Assembly: GCA_963749495.1 (NCBI GenBank)
Contig: CAVVMW010000001.1
Coordinates: 64,001 to 128,000, forward strand
Direction of reading: 5' to 3'
Source: an uncultured bacterium
GTDB lineage: Bacteria > Verrucomicrobiota > Verrucomicrobiia > Limisphaerales > UBA8199
DNA: 64,000 bases
Shown here: positions 10,401-21,829 of the stretch, piece after piece
How the letters are laid out: every line of letters begins with the position of its first letter
How positions within the stretch are numbered: position 1 is the first letter of the stretch
Notes under the pieces: model-generated
What the model saw: the letters and a program-made list of their open reading frames with translations, nothing else
What the model was told of the DNA's origin: nothing
Databases searched by the model: none
Made by a program: the position numbers and the translations under genes

Positions 10401-13400
10401 ATTGACCAGGCTGACGGTGTAGTTGGTCTGACGGTTGTTCGGGTCCACCAGGCTCGGCACGATGGGGTATGTTCCCGCCGGGCTGCTGGCGGTTGCGCTG
10501 CAATTGTAAGTCGCCGTGATATTGTCGCCGTTCGTCACGCCTGTGATGGTGCCCGTGAACACCGGGTTGGCCGCGCCGCACAGGCGGCTTGCATTGGCCG
10601 CCGTCACGGTCAAGGACGCGGGCGAAACGACCAGGCTGACAGTGTCGGTTGCGGCGCTGTAATCAACCGTGTCGGCCGGCGTGAAGGCGACCGAAAGCGT
10701 ATTGGCGCCGGCGTTGAGCACTGCGCCATTGGTCGGGTTGTAGGCAAAGGCGCCGGGCACGCTCGCAGTGGCGTCCAACTGATTGGGGCCGAGAGCCGTG
10801 CCGTAGATGATGGGGGCGGGGTTGGCCCACGTAATGGCCTCGGTGACTTGGCCAGCGGAGAGCAGGCTCAACGTAAAGAGCGCCCCATCGCCCGCGCTGC
10901 CGCCATTGAAGGTCGTTGCAAACAAGTTGCCGTCCGACAGCACCAACCCCGCACACGGATTGGCCCCGTCAAAGTTAGTCCCGGTGATGGGGTCAGTCGC
11001 GCTGAAACTGTAAAGAGTGGCGAAGCCCGTGCCGTTCGTGTTGAGCGCGAAGATCGTTCCCGAGCCGCCGCTGCCGGCCCACTCCGTCGTCCCATACAGC
11101 ATGGCGCCGGACAAGATCACTCCCCCCTGCGGCTGGGCCCCATCGCCGGTAAAGGTGTAAATCGTGGTGAAGCCCGAGCCGTCGGTATCGAGCTTGAACA
11201 CCGTGCCATTATTTCCACTGCCGCCTGCGGCGGCCGTCCCATACAGTGTGCTGCCAGCCAAAAGGAGTTCCCCGCACGGTTGGAGGCCGTCGCTCTTCGT
11301 GAAAGTATGGAGCACGGCAAAGCCCAGAGCCGTCCGTGTTAAGCTTGAACAAGGTGCCGCCTCCCGAGGCGCCACCGTGCATCGTTGTCCCATAGAGGCT
11401 GTTGCCAGCCAGCAGCAGGGGCGCCTGCGGACAGGCGCCCTCGCCATTGGTTTGACTCCCGCTGGAAGGATCGTGTGCGCTGGCGGAAAAATCGTGAATC
11501 CTTGTGAAACCCGAGCCGTCGGTGGCGATTTTGAACACCGTGCCGTCCCCTCCGCTGCCGCCATACCCGGTCGTCCCATACAGTGTGTTGCTGGACAAGA
11601 CCAAACCGTTGGGCGTGGTTCCGCCGTCGCTGCCATCGGGGAAGTTAAAAAGCGTGGCAAAGCCCGAACCATCCGTGTTGATTTTGAAGACCGTTCCCTG
11701 GCCCATGAAGCTCGTGCCGCCGCCCGAGCCGCCGCTCGACGCCGCGCCATAGAGCGTGTTGCCGGACAGCACCAGCCGCGCCCTCGGCGACTCGCCGTCC
11801 CCGTTGGTATACCAACACCCCGGCGGCGCGCTGAAGCTGTAAAGATTGGTGAAGCCCGAACCGTCCGTGTTGACCGCGAAAATTGTCCCCGAACCGCCGT
11901 TGCCGCCGCCCGACATCACGCCGTAAAGCCGGTTGCCCGAGACCGTCAATGCGGCTTGCGGATGAATCCCGTCGCTGTTGGTCATGCCGTCTCTGGTAGG
12001 ATCAAATCCCACGCCGGCGACGCCAAACGTATGGACGCTCGAACAGCCTGCCGAAATGTTCGGGCCAAAGCCTATAATGGCGATGTGATTCTGGTTGGTC
12101 GTGAGGAGCGTGGGCGAAAAAATGCCGGCATTGGTGTAAGTGTGGAACGGACTTTGCAGAACGCTGGCGGCGCCGTCGCCGAAAGTCCAGGTCCAATTAG
12201 TGATCGTGACGCCCAGGGTGTCCGCCGCCGGCGCGTTGAATTGAACCGGCAGGGGAACCAGGCCGTTGGTCGGGCTGGCGTTGAACCCTATGGGCGGGTA
12301 GGCCGCGTAAATCTTCGGCCCCGTGGCCACAACGGCTGTGCCGTTGACGTTGGTGGCGTAAAGCTTGGGCGAAAACGTTTTCGGCTTCGAAGAAGTGTAA
12401 ATATACGAGGGATTTTGGTTCGTGGAGGTCGGGCCGTCGCCAAAATACCACAGCCAACTGACGATACTGTTGGTCCCGCTGTCCACAGCCGGGCAACTGA
12501 ATTCCACCAGCAAGGGCATATAGCCATTCGTCGGCCAGGCGGTGAATTGCACCGTGGGCAGGGCCACCACAATGTTCGTCGGGCCGATGCCCTGGACTGC
12601 CTTGCCGTTGATGTTGATGGCGGTGAGCGTGACCGAAAACGTGTTGGTATTGGTATAGGTGTGCGAGGGTGCTTGGTTCGTGTCGGTCGTGCCGTCGCCA
12701 AACGACCACAGCCAACTGACGATGTCGTTGGTCCCGCTGTCCATATTCGTGCAACTGAATTGAACCGCCAATGGCACCGGGCCGTTGGTCGGATCGGCGG
12801 TGAACGGGACGGTTAGTTGGTAGGGTTCATAACCCAGGGTGACAGTGTTGGTGGCGGTGGCATCCCACGTCCACGTCCCCAGCCCCGCAGGGTCGGTTGT
12901 ACTGCCCTGCAGCGTGGAGTTTGTCGTAATCGTCTGGTTCCAGGCGTTCGCGGAGTCCTGAAACGCAAATCGAAAACCCCCAACCTGACCCTCGTCCTCC
13001 AAGGCGTAGTACGCGCCCTCCTCTGATACCGCGCCCCACCCAGCGCAGCCACTGCTGAACAAGCTTTCCCACTGGCAACCGTCTTGGCCGTCGTAGTAAC
13101 CGAGAGCGCCGTACATCGAGGTGTTGAACGCACTATACACACCGTTGGCGTCCACCGTTCCGAACGAAACCCCCCCGCATCCGCCGACGAATTGGCCCAC
13201 CTCCTGGGAGTTGGCAATCCACACGCAAGGCGAGTTTGTCGGGTTGAACTGCGGATCGCTAGCGTAGCTGTCAGTCCAGTTTTCCGTGCAACCATCAAAC
13301 TCGCCAACGTCGTACCAATAAGCATGGCGCCAGATTCCGGAGGCCATCTGGGCCGCAGTTGAACTGATCAGGTTGCCAATCACCAGATTGGTTTCAGTCT

Positions 13401-13635
13401 GTAACACCTCATATTTTGCCGTCCCGCTAATTGAAAGCGTGATCTGATCACTGTCGTTGTAACCCTCGGCGAGGGCACTCCCGTAGCTAGCAGTGCCCGT
13501 GCCGTTGGCCGTCATGGTATAGCTTGCGGTGATCACGCCGACAGGATTCGTAGAGGCGAGGGCGGTAGAGAGTTGAAGGTTGAGGGTTGAGAGCAGCAAC
13601 ACGGCTGCGATTTGAATGAGATGCTTTGCTTTCAT
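7464..13635 (-). CDS. Large secreted repeat protein (~2050 aa): PKD domains, GloVer-type beta-propeller repeats, MBG/Ig domains; one frameshift near 11330
   Basis: Signal peptide MKAKHLIQIAAVLLL; WxFGDG PKD motifs; LYGTT..GG....GTVFK.NTDGSGF repeats; ASLTVTAANA...NPVFTG MBG units; joins ORFs 11209..13869 and 7464..11750. Confidence 0.88.
7956..10833. repeat. Near-identical ~460 bp intragenic Ig+MBG units (three copies: ~7956-8415, ~8424-8885, ~10377-10835)
   Basis: Direct DNA-level repeats within the CDS. Confidence 0.85.
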
Positions 13636-13827
13636 GGATTTCCTGTCTGCAATTTTTTCAATGCGGATGGGCGCGGGTTGAACAGGGATTTCCTGGCGGA
13701 GGGCCGTTGTCCTGCTTGGGGAGCGCATCCGCCCCGGGCCTTGTCCGCCGCGCCCTCCTGCCGGACGCGCAAGGCCGGGAAAAACGGACCGGCGCGATGC
13801 CTGCCCGCCTGAAGCCGATCTCACCAC

Positions 13828-13920
13828 TGCCACTGCCAATTTCATAACCCACTGGCGACCCAACAACATCGCGACGGTGCCGGCAAACCCTGACGGCCCA
13901 TCCCTGATTTCTGCTCGGTG
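13828..13920 (-). promoter_or_regulatory. Conserved ~95 nt upstream motif, copy 1
   Basis: Shares blocks (CAGGGTTTGCCGG, TTGTTnGG, TTATGrAATTGGCrGyGGCA) with 35669-35762. Confidence 0.55.
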
Positions 13921-14152
13921 ACTACCTTATTTTATCACAAAGCCAGGAAGGAGTCGAGGAAATGTTTTTCGCGGGAGCGCTGGCTCTGGCAGCTACCGCG
14001 AAGGCTATGGCCGCGCCCGGCGCGGGCCGCTGCCACTCCTTTGGTCCCGCGCCATTAGGCTGCCGGGTGGTCGAAACATGGCCCGACCACCTGGACGACG
14101 GGCTGGGCGACCCGGCACAGCGGTTAGCCAGGCCGGAGTTGATGCTAAAGGC

Positions 14153-14438
14153 AACGGGGTCACATCTCAACAATTGACATTTTGGGCTTGGCCTTGCCTA
14201 CTGCTCCTGCTTTGATCGCGTCATGGCACCCGCGTTGCGCATCGAGCGGCCCGGCGGTCGCTATCACGTCGCCGCGCGGGGCAACGAACGCAAGCCCATT
14301 TTCCGCCCGGATGCAGACCGTTTCCATTTTTTGGAGTTGCTGGCGGACCCGGGCGAGCGCCTCGGGGCCGGAATTCACGCCTGCGTCCTGAGGGACAATC
14401 ATTTTCACCTGCTTCCAATATTGGGATATGACCCCGTT
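14153..14438 (+). mobile_element. Internally deleted REP-associated tyrosine transposase (RAYT/Y1) element
   Basis: ORF from 14223 has LRIERPGGRYHVAARGNERKPIF...CVLRDNHFHLL (HUH) then stops being homologous; flanked by the inverted repeat AACGGGGTCAyATCyCAA. Confidence 0.8.
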
Positions 14439-15302
14439 CTTGTTTCGTTGCCTATGGCTTTCTTTGAAAGCTGATAATGTTCGCATAGGTGTTCGACGGC
14501 GCATCCAATAAGTGGTCATCCTGGCCCTTGAAGAGTTTATCGAAGAAAGATACGAGGCAAGCACCCTTCGCCTGGCCTGCGAGCCGCGAGGCGGAACTCC
14601 AAGTGCCGGCGGGAGGCACCCACCCCGAGGGAAGATAGGGCCTTCGCTCTGTCTATACGGAAACAGCCAAGAAAGTAACAGGGAGAGATCCGGCGAAGGG
14701 ATTGAGATTCCAACATTTCAAGGAGGCGCTGGACCGAAGCACCCCGTCCGTCATAGTCAACAAGAATTCGAACGTGTCAATCGCATGTGGCTTCGAGGGC
14801 GACCCGACGTTGGCGGAGTCGAAAAGAAAGGATGGATTTGAAGGCAAGCCGACTTCGCGCGACCTGCAGATCCCGCAAGACTCCATTGACCGAAGGAGAA
14901 GATGCACAACAGCGCCGCCCCAAAGCGAATTCAAACCGCCGCGATCAGCTTGAACTTGGCCGCTCGCTTTGCTCCTAAGGCGAGGGTTGGAATCGAACGG
15001 ACGCATAAGGCTTGATGACGACGAGCGGTCAGTGCGGTGGAGTCTGAGGCTGCGTCACCGTTCGGGCTTCGGTCCCACCAGGGAAGGCCCACCCTCCCCG
15101 TCGTAATGAGCAAAGCTGAACCATATTGGACAAATCGGCACCCAGTTGAAATCCGCTTTTCCCGAGGCGTGAACAAGGTTAGAAATCATGCATGAAACGA
15201 AATCAAAGCCCAACCTCGCTATGCTCAGCCTCAACACACTTGAGACCGAAGGACCCTGTAAACTCAAGGGTTCTAAGCGTCATCCGCCAGGTACGGGCGG
15301 AT

Positions 15303-15969
15303 TTAAGATAACATCAGCAGGTTGTGGCCGCCGCTGGCCGCTATCTCCAGCGCCCGCTTGACCGACTCCTGGCCCTTCACGTCGGCAAAATCCATCTCGT
15401 CGTCGGGGGGCTTGCTCGAAGATGCGGGCCACGTCCACCGTCACGGGGGCGATTTGGACCTCCCCTTCCAGAAAGCCCACCGCCTCCCGCAGGTTCCGGA
15501 CCGGGATGACCTGCAGCCCGGCCACCACCGCCGCCTCGGCCGCGTTTTCGGCCGGAACCATCAGCCCGCCCGTGCCCTCCTCGCGCGCCCGCAGGGCTAT
15601 GGGCAGCACCCCCTTGACCGGGCGCACCCCGCCATCCAGGGCCAATTCCCCCACCATTATGAATTTGCCCAACTGGCCGGGCTCCATCTGCTCGCTGGCG
15701 GCCACCATGCCGACGGCAATGGGCAGATCGAAGCTCGGCCCCTCCTTCTTCACGTCGGCCGGCGCCAGGTTGATCGTCGTGCGGCCGAAGGTGAAAGAAA
15801 ACCCGGAATTGATGAGCGCGGTCATCACGCGGTCCCGCGACTCCTTCACCGCCGCATCCGGCAGGCCAACGATGATGATGATCGTGTCGCCATACCCGGC
15901 GTTCACCTCGACCTCGACCGGATACGCTTCGATGCCATTGACGGCCGCCGAACAGACCTTGGCCAACAT
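15303..15969 (-). pseudogene. comM: comM 5' fragment (codons 1-~219), ends GGHNLLMLS*
   Basis: Near-identical protein to the intact gene up to GGHN; one extra G in a homopolymer at ~15405. Confidence 0.95.
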
Positions 15970-16005
15970 AGGGAGAGTTATGAGGCAGATTCGAGCAAAG
16001 GGCAA
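15970..16005 (-). promoter_or_regulatory. Putative leaderless promoter TTGCCC-N17-CATAAC-N7-ATG
   Basis: Same geometry as at the intact comM. Confidence 0.6.
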
Positions 16006-16172
16006 TGCGGAAATGTGAGGTCCGGGCGCGCCGAGCCGCAGGATTGGAGTGAGGACCTGGTGCCGCCCCCCAAGACAGCATCGATGACGACCGGGGCAAG
16101 AGGGTGTCAGGACCGAGGCCCTTCGACTCCGATGGCATGCCTTGCGCCGGAGTCTCGAAGATGTCCTGAGGC

Positions 16173-16616
16173 CTAACCCGTTCTGAAAGAGAGGAGCTGG
16201 CCGATCGCTTTCTGCCGTTCATCGAACGTCAGGAAGACGCTGGCCCCGAGACACCATGCTGCGGAGAGGTGCCATAGGTCGAAGGCGGTGTGCCGCTTGC
16301 TCCAGCCGTGAGCCTCGCCCAGGGACCGAACCATGCCTGCCGAATCATCCAGGGGCAGGTTCCGCCTCATGAAGTCCCTCCCGTTCCAGGCGCGGTCAAA
16401 CCGGTTGATGATGCCGCGGGCAATGTGCGGGGCCAGCGGCGCGTCCCTCCGGTGAACAGCGGCCCTTACGGAAGCCGGTAGCTCAATTTGGTGCGCCTGG
16501 CACAGGACAAAATCCTCCCCGTCCCACTTTCCCGCAAGTTGCACCGCTGCCTTGTGGTTGGAATCGGCCTCATGGAACCAACTCACCAAAAAACTCGTGT
16601 CGCAGTAAACAATCAC
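16173..16616 (-). CDS. vapC: PIN-domain (VapC-like) toxin
   Basis: VYCDTSFL, FDLWHLSAA, FLTFDERQ motifs. Confidence 0.88.
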   Translation of the reverse strand: MIVYCDTSFLVSWFHEADSNHKAAVQLAGKWDGEDFVLCQAHQIELPASVRAAVHRRDAPLAPHIARGIINRFDRAWNGRDFMRRNLPLDDSAGMVRSLGEAHGWSKRHTAFDLWHLSAAWCLGASVFLTFDERQKAIGQLLSFRTG

Positions 16617-16855
16617 TCGCGTTCCTCCACAATCAGGCGCGCCAAGTCCGTTGGCATCCGTCTCCCGGGAATCGGGACCTCCTCGATCAACTTATCCACG
16701 GCCGCAACCATGCTCTTGGGCGCCGCATCCACCCGCTTGAGTTCGAACAATTTGCCGCTCTTCTTTTCGATAATGACTGCCTCGCCTGGGCCGAGTTGTT
16801 CCTCCGGAGCTCCCCGCCTAAGGTCCCTTCCGGTGATCGTTTTTCGCGTCTTCAT
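16613..16855 (-). CDS. Phd/YefM-like antitoxin
   Basis: MKTRKTITGRDLRR..LGPGEAVII; 4-nt overlap with the PIN gene. Confidence 0.75.
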   Translation of the reverse strand: MKTRKTITGRDLRRGAPEEQLGPGEAVIIEKKSGKLFELKRVDAAPKSMVAAVDKLIEEVPIPGRRMPTDLARLIVEERE

Positions 16856-17103
16856 ACCGATGTCAGTTAGGATAGTGCTGACATGAGGTAATTGCAAGAC
16901 CCTTCCGCAACCGGCCGCTTCCGACGTTCGACCGCCACCGGGGCGTTCTCCCCCGGGCCGGCCCTCTGGCCTTGGCCCGAGAGCCCTTCCGGAAAACCAC
17001 CGTCGCTGGGACATCTCGCCCCAGTTTGCCGCGCGCGGGGCGCCCGCCACGACGTTCCGGACATGCTCTGAACTCAGGAGCGCAAGGCCGCGGGCCGATG
17101 GAT

Positions 17104-17334
17104 GCTCGGCCCCTCCTTCTTCACGTCCGCCGGCGCCAGATTGATCGTCGTCCGGCCAAAAGTGAACGAAAACCCGGAGTTGATGAGCGCCGTCATCACG
17201 CGGTCCCGCGACTCCTTCACCGCCGCGTCCGGCAGGCCGACGATGACGATAGTGGTGTCCCCATACCCGGCGTTCACCTCGACCGGGTAGGCTTCAATGC
17301 CGTTGACGGCCGCCGAACAGACCTTGGCCAACAT
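17104..17334 (-). pseudogene. comM: comM 5' fragment (codons 1-79), ends KKEGPS, with a 2-codon deletion
   Basis: [36 protein letters not shown]...; many synonymous differences from the other copies. Confidence 0.95.
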
Positions 17335-17370
17335 GGAAGAAAGTGTGGAGCACTCCTGGGAAAAAGGCAA
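17335..17370 (-). promoter_or_regulatory. Putative leaderless promoter TTGCCT-N17-CACACT-N7-ATG
   Basis: Same geometry as at the other comM starts. Confidence 0.6.
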
Positions 17371-17402
17371 ACCAGAGCCGCTGCTGAAGCCCGCTCGATA
17401 TA

Positions 17403-17588
17403 CTATGGCTCCCGGACTTCCAGATCGCGACAGATCTTCCTGGCGAGGATGTCCTGAATCTCGCTGTGCCGTGGCACGGCGCTACGCCAGTCCCGGACGG
17501 GATTGTGCCACCACGAATGGCGGCTTCGCTCACGGAGCCGGATGCAGCCCTCGGCCATGAGATGCCGGATAAGCTCCCGTCGCTTCAC
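17403..17588 (-). CDS. hicA: HicA-family toxin
   Basis: MKRRELIRHL..GC..LRE.SRHSWW.NP....SAVPRH.EI. Confidence 0.9.
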   Translation of the reverse strand: MKRRELIRHLMAEGCIRLRERSRHSWWHNPVRDWRSAVPRHSEIQDILARKICRDLEVREP

Positions 17589-17800
17589 AGCGCCAAGGGC
17601 TCTTCAACATAATCGGGCTCGGCGGCCCGCCGGGCGTCCTCCCGGTTGAACTCAATGGCCTCGCACAGGGCCTCTCTCAAGGAATGGAGCAATTCCTCTT
17701 TGGTTCGTTCCTGGGCGTTAACGCCAGGGACCTCCTGCACCCATCCGATCCACCGGTTGCCTGCACGCTTGACCAAGGCTGTATATCCGCCTGCTGACAT
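17585..17800 (-). CDS. hicB: HicB-family antitoxin
   Basis: YTALVK....WIGWVQEVPGVNAQERTKEEL. Confidence 0.9.
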   Translation of the reverse strand: MSAGGYTALVKRAGNRWIGWVQEVPGVNAQERTKEELLHSLREALCEAIEFNREDARRAAEPDYVEEPLAL

Positions 17801-17859
17801 GGCAGAAAGTTACCGAATGGCCCGCCCACGTGCAACACCCAAACCGCCGAAACGGGGGC

Positions 17860-19661
17860 TTACTGCCCAGCGATACGGTAGAACCGGGCCGGCCTGTCCA
17901 AGGGCAAAGTGACCGGTGGGACAGCGTTCGTCAGGAAGTCCGTCCAATCGCCCGCGGCCAGGTCAGTCGCGCGCTGCACGCGGTAGGGCGGTCCGCCGCC
18001 AGTCCAGTTGAGGAGCGCACTCGTTCCTTGCAGCGCCAAGGCCGCCCGAATGGGGTAGCAAACAACCATCAGCGTCTCGTTGAAGGTGGTGTTGCCGCCG
18101 TAGGCGGGCGCCCAACTGGTCGTAACGCCGACCACCTCGACCACGTTGGTTTTGTTGGCCACCAACGGGATGCTCTGCACGCTCCAGGCGTTGGTGCCCG
18201 CGGCGAGGCCCTTGGCGTTGTTGGCAAGGTGGGTCCACGTGACGCTGGTGACGTTCTGGTCCAAGGCCAGGGCCGAACCTGAGAGACTGAGGTTCGTTGC
18301 GCCGGTGGGCCAGACGGCCTGTGCAGCCGGGTTGGTAATGCTGAGCAGCGGCTGCGCGGTCGAGGGCACGCCGCGTCGTTGGGCGAGGATCCAATCCACG
18401 ATGGCCCGAGTAAAGAAGCCCATGACGATGCCGGCGCCGTGCGTATCATAAGTGGTTCCGGTGGTGCTGTCGGTGTAGGCGCCGGCAGCGTACTCGGTGT
18501 AGCGCACATTGCCTCCGGCCAGTCGAAGGGCGCGCACCGCCTGTTGGGTGCTGGCCAATTCGCCAGCGGCGTCATCCTCCGCGCACCAAGCCCAAACCGG
18601 GACATCTTTGACGGCGGCGGCGGGACGGGTCTCTTGCCAGCCCGCCGTCAGCGTTGCTCCGGCGAAGCAGCCCGGTCTCATCGCGATCATGTCCCAGGCG
18701 GCATAGAGCCCCTCCGAGGCTCCAGTGACGTAGATTCGGTTGGTGTTCACGTTGAACCGGGTGAGAAACTGGTCAAGCAGAGCCGAGACTTGGCGCAGAT
18801 ACGCGTCAGTCCAGGACTCGTCTCCCGCGCGGCGCGTCGGCCAGAGTTGAATCACCGGGTCCGGCGGCTGCCGGCAATGGGAGGTCATGAGCATGTAGCC
18901 CGGGCCGTTGGTAATGAAGGGGAAAGCCATGGTTTCGTCACCTGGCGTTCCGTGAAACGACAACCACAATGGGTAATAGCGTCCTGCGTCGTAGTTTGTC
19001 GGCAGGACGTAACAGTAGGGGAGGCGACCCAGATTGTTGGTGAAGTTGGTTTTGACGACCCCGGAAGCCGGCGGCACGACCCAGAGGCGTGCGGGTGCGC
19101 TGGTCACCGCGCCCGCCAGGTTCGTGACCACCACGGTGTAGTCGCCTTCATCGCCGGTTGGACGGCACTGAAGTGGAGAATGGGGTTGGTCTGGAGCGCG
19201 AGTTCCTGGCCGTCTAGCCGCCATTGATAGGCAAAGGGTGCCATCCCGGAGGCGCTGACGGCAAAGGATGCCGCAGTGCCGATGCGCGCCACCTGATGCT
19301 GGAGCGAGGTGGTGGGGGTGATGCGCGGCGGAACGACCACCGTCAGGTGCGCCAGGGCGCTGGTGACGGCGCCGTCCGCATTGGCTATGACAACGCGGTA
19401 GTCGCCGGCGCTGCCGGGCTGCACATTGGTCAGGCAGAAGTTGGTGGCGGTGCCGCCTGTAAGGTCCCACCACCTGACGCTGAGTTTCTGCCACTGGTAA
19501 GCCAGGGGCGGCGTGCCGGTGGCCGTGACTCAGAAAGCCGCGGTCGTGCCGGCAACGTTCGTCTGCGACTGCGGCTGTTGGGTGATGACGGGCTGGCCGA
19601 GGCCAAGGCCCGCGGCGGCCAGGAGGAGCCCGGCCGTAATGAGGTGGAATTCAGTTTTCAT
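17860..19661 (-). pseudogene. Secreted Ig-domain + alpha/beta-hydrolase (peptidase/esterase-like) protein, disrupted
   Basis: Signal peptide MKTEFHLITAGLLL; PVITQQPQS Ig repeats; YPLWLSFHG, RIYVTGASEG; in-frame TGA at ~19530 plus frameshifts. Confidence 0.75.
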
Positions 19662-19678
19662 AGTTATCGGTTCTCAGA

Positions 19679-19746
19679 ACCACGGATGCCACAGATGACA
19701 CGGATGGGTGCCCTGCTCATCCGTGAGATCCGTGAAATCCGTGGTT
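19679..19746. repeat. REP-like hairpin (CCACGGATG..CACGGATG / CATCCGTG..ATCCGTGG)
   Basis: Visible inverted repeat. Confidence 0.7.
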
Positions 19747-20065
19747 TATGTGGTTTGTGCGACTCGATGCCTAGCCCGTGGGCCTATTCCGGCGCCAGAT
19801 CAGGGCCAGACATTGTCGTTGCTGGTGGTGGCGTGGTTCTTGGCGATGACGGTCGTGCTATCGTAGGTGAAGGTGCCTTGGTAATTAGAGCCTGTCCCAA
19901 AAGGGCGAGTTTTGGCAGTGCCATTACATTCGCTGATCCATGACGGCGCCACCATCAAACAAAGTGGACTGGGATCATCTCTTCCCTCCGTATTTGCGCA
20001 AAACCGGTCGCGCCGGTACACACCACGTCCCCGGTCTTGTGTTTGGAAAATCGGCCGGGCGGCCC

Positions 20066-21559
20066 TCAGGCCGCCCGGCGGGCAGCTTCGGCTTTCTCCA
20101 ATCGCGGCAGCCGCGCTAGCACCCACAGGTTGTGCACCAACACCGTCCAGGTCACGGTCAACTCCCGGTGTTCAAAGCCTTTGCAGCGCATCCGCCCACC
20201 CAGGAAGACATTCTTCACAATGCCGATGCGGCCTTCGGTTTGCGCCCGGCGCCGCTGCATGCGCTTGAATTTCCAGGAACGGTTCCGCTGTCGGAGCTGC
20301 CCGGGTGAACGGGGACAGATCGCGTTGAAGATCTTTTCTTCGTTCAAACCGAAGCGGTTGAGTTCGCTATCGAACCCCCGGTCACCCCCCAGCGCCTTGG
20401 GGCCTGGCGCATAGGCTTCTTGCATGCGTCCCACTGTGCGCGGCAACAGGGCGGCGTCGGCCGGAGCACTCTCGCGGAACAACTCCCAATCCAGGATCAA
20501 GCCTTGGGGATTCTCGGCTAGAAAGAGGGTGTTGCCGAACTCCACTTCGGCCCCGGCTTTTTTGCGCACAACGACGTGGACGTCCGCTTCATAGAGGCTG
20601 AGGATCTTTTCTTCATTGGGCACGAGTTGGCCCTTCAAGATGCGCTGGCGGGCCTGTTGGCGGGCCTTGGGCAATTGCTCCAGGAACCTGGTCCATGCGC
20701 CCGAGCACCTGCTCAGCTTGGGGGCGAGTCCACTGGGTTTGCTCCCAGTGCGTGTCGAGCAACTCCCGGTAGCGGCGGGCGTGATGGCGGACCGTGCCGA
20801 CCAGGCGGTCCATTTGCCGGAGGGTTTGTTTGCGTAGGCGCCGGCTCTGCACTTGATCCTGCCGGCGCCAGGCATGGGTCATTTTAATGCACAGCCCATT
20901 GATGCGGCTGATGAAGCTCTCCGGCTCCTCCATGCGGTGCTTGACCCCTGGTCGCGGATGAGCCGGACCGAGCCCATCAAGGTGCGGGTGGCATCGCGCA
21001 GCAGCACCCAGTCCACGGGGTAATGGATGTGGGCGCACAGGCAGGTGGAGTCCAGATAGGCGCTTTCCAAATCCAGCGGCTGGGCCAAGTCCAGTCGCTC
21101 CGGCGCCTGGGCACCCTGGACCAGGAGCTTGTGGATCAACTCCCGCACCTCGGCTTCCGGCCACCAGGTGAAGTAGCGTTGGAGGGTGCTTTTGCTGGGC
21201 ACGACCACGCGGTCAACCTCGCTGATGCCGCAGAAGTACTGCAAGAGAGGACTGTCGGCGAGGCGGGCGGCAAAGCGGCGGTAGTGCTCTTTGAGGAGGA
21301 GCCGGGCGGTATTGCAGCGCAGGGCGCGCCGGGCGTGGAACTGGTGCTTTTGTTGGGCCTTGGCGCTGACGCGCTTTTGGCCGGCCAGCCAGCGTTGGAG
21401 GTCCGCCTCGAGCATCTGCGTTTCCAAGGGGCTCTGCACCAGCAGGCCGTCAATGCGCAGGAGTTGGTCGCGCAAGTCGCGGTAATCAACATTGCCCTCG
21501 ATGGTGGGCAGGATTTGGGGCAGTGGCAGTTCGAACGGAATGATATTGGCAGCCGGCAT
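20066..21559 (-). CDS. DDE transposase, frameshifted near 20945 and 20688
   Basis: PSKSTL, LDSTC..HIHYPVD, KAGAEVEFG, GDRGFD, RRAQTEGRIG motifs across three frames. Confidence 0.88.
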
Positions 21560-21610
21560 GAGGCTAGATTATACTCTAGCCCACAAAAGGCAAGAACTAT
21601 TTTGCAAAAA

Positions 21611-21829
21611 ATGCAAGCAACCTATCCATTGAAAATCCAGGAGATGCGTTCCAAGGGAAAACAGCCCCGATTTTATGTCAGCTTTCCATTGGCCCTAGCC
21701 GCGGCGATTGGTCTGGAAGGCGGTGAACGCGTCCAATGGGAACTGCTGGACCGTGGCGAACTCCATTTGGTTCGGCCCAACGGGCCCGCGCCCACCACCC
21801 GCCGGCGGGCCTCGACAAAGCCATTATAG
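21611..21829 (+). CDS. Small AbrB/SpoVT-like DNA-binding protein carried inside the IS
   Basis: FYVSFPLALAAAIGLEGGERVQW resembles the AbrB swapped-hairpin pattern. Confidence 0.6.
   Translation: MQATYPLKIQEMRSKGKQPRFYVSFPLALAAAIGLEGGERVQWELLDRGELHLVRPNGPAPTTRRRASTKPL

Noticed and set aside
13870..13920. GGCAAACC as a c-di-GMP-I riboswitch
   Set aside because: It is on the strand opposite the downstream gene and lacks the GAAA loop and GACGCAAAGC segment.
14440..15300. Lower-GC stretch as an integrase remnant
   Set aside because: No serine or tyrosine recombinase motif could be recognised in any listed frame.
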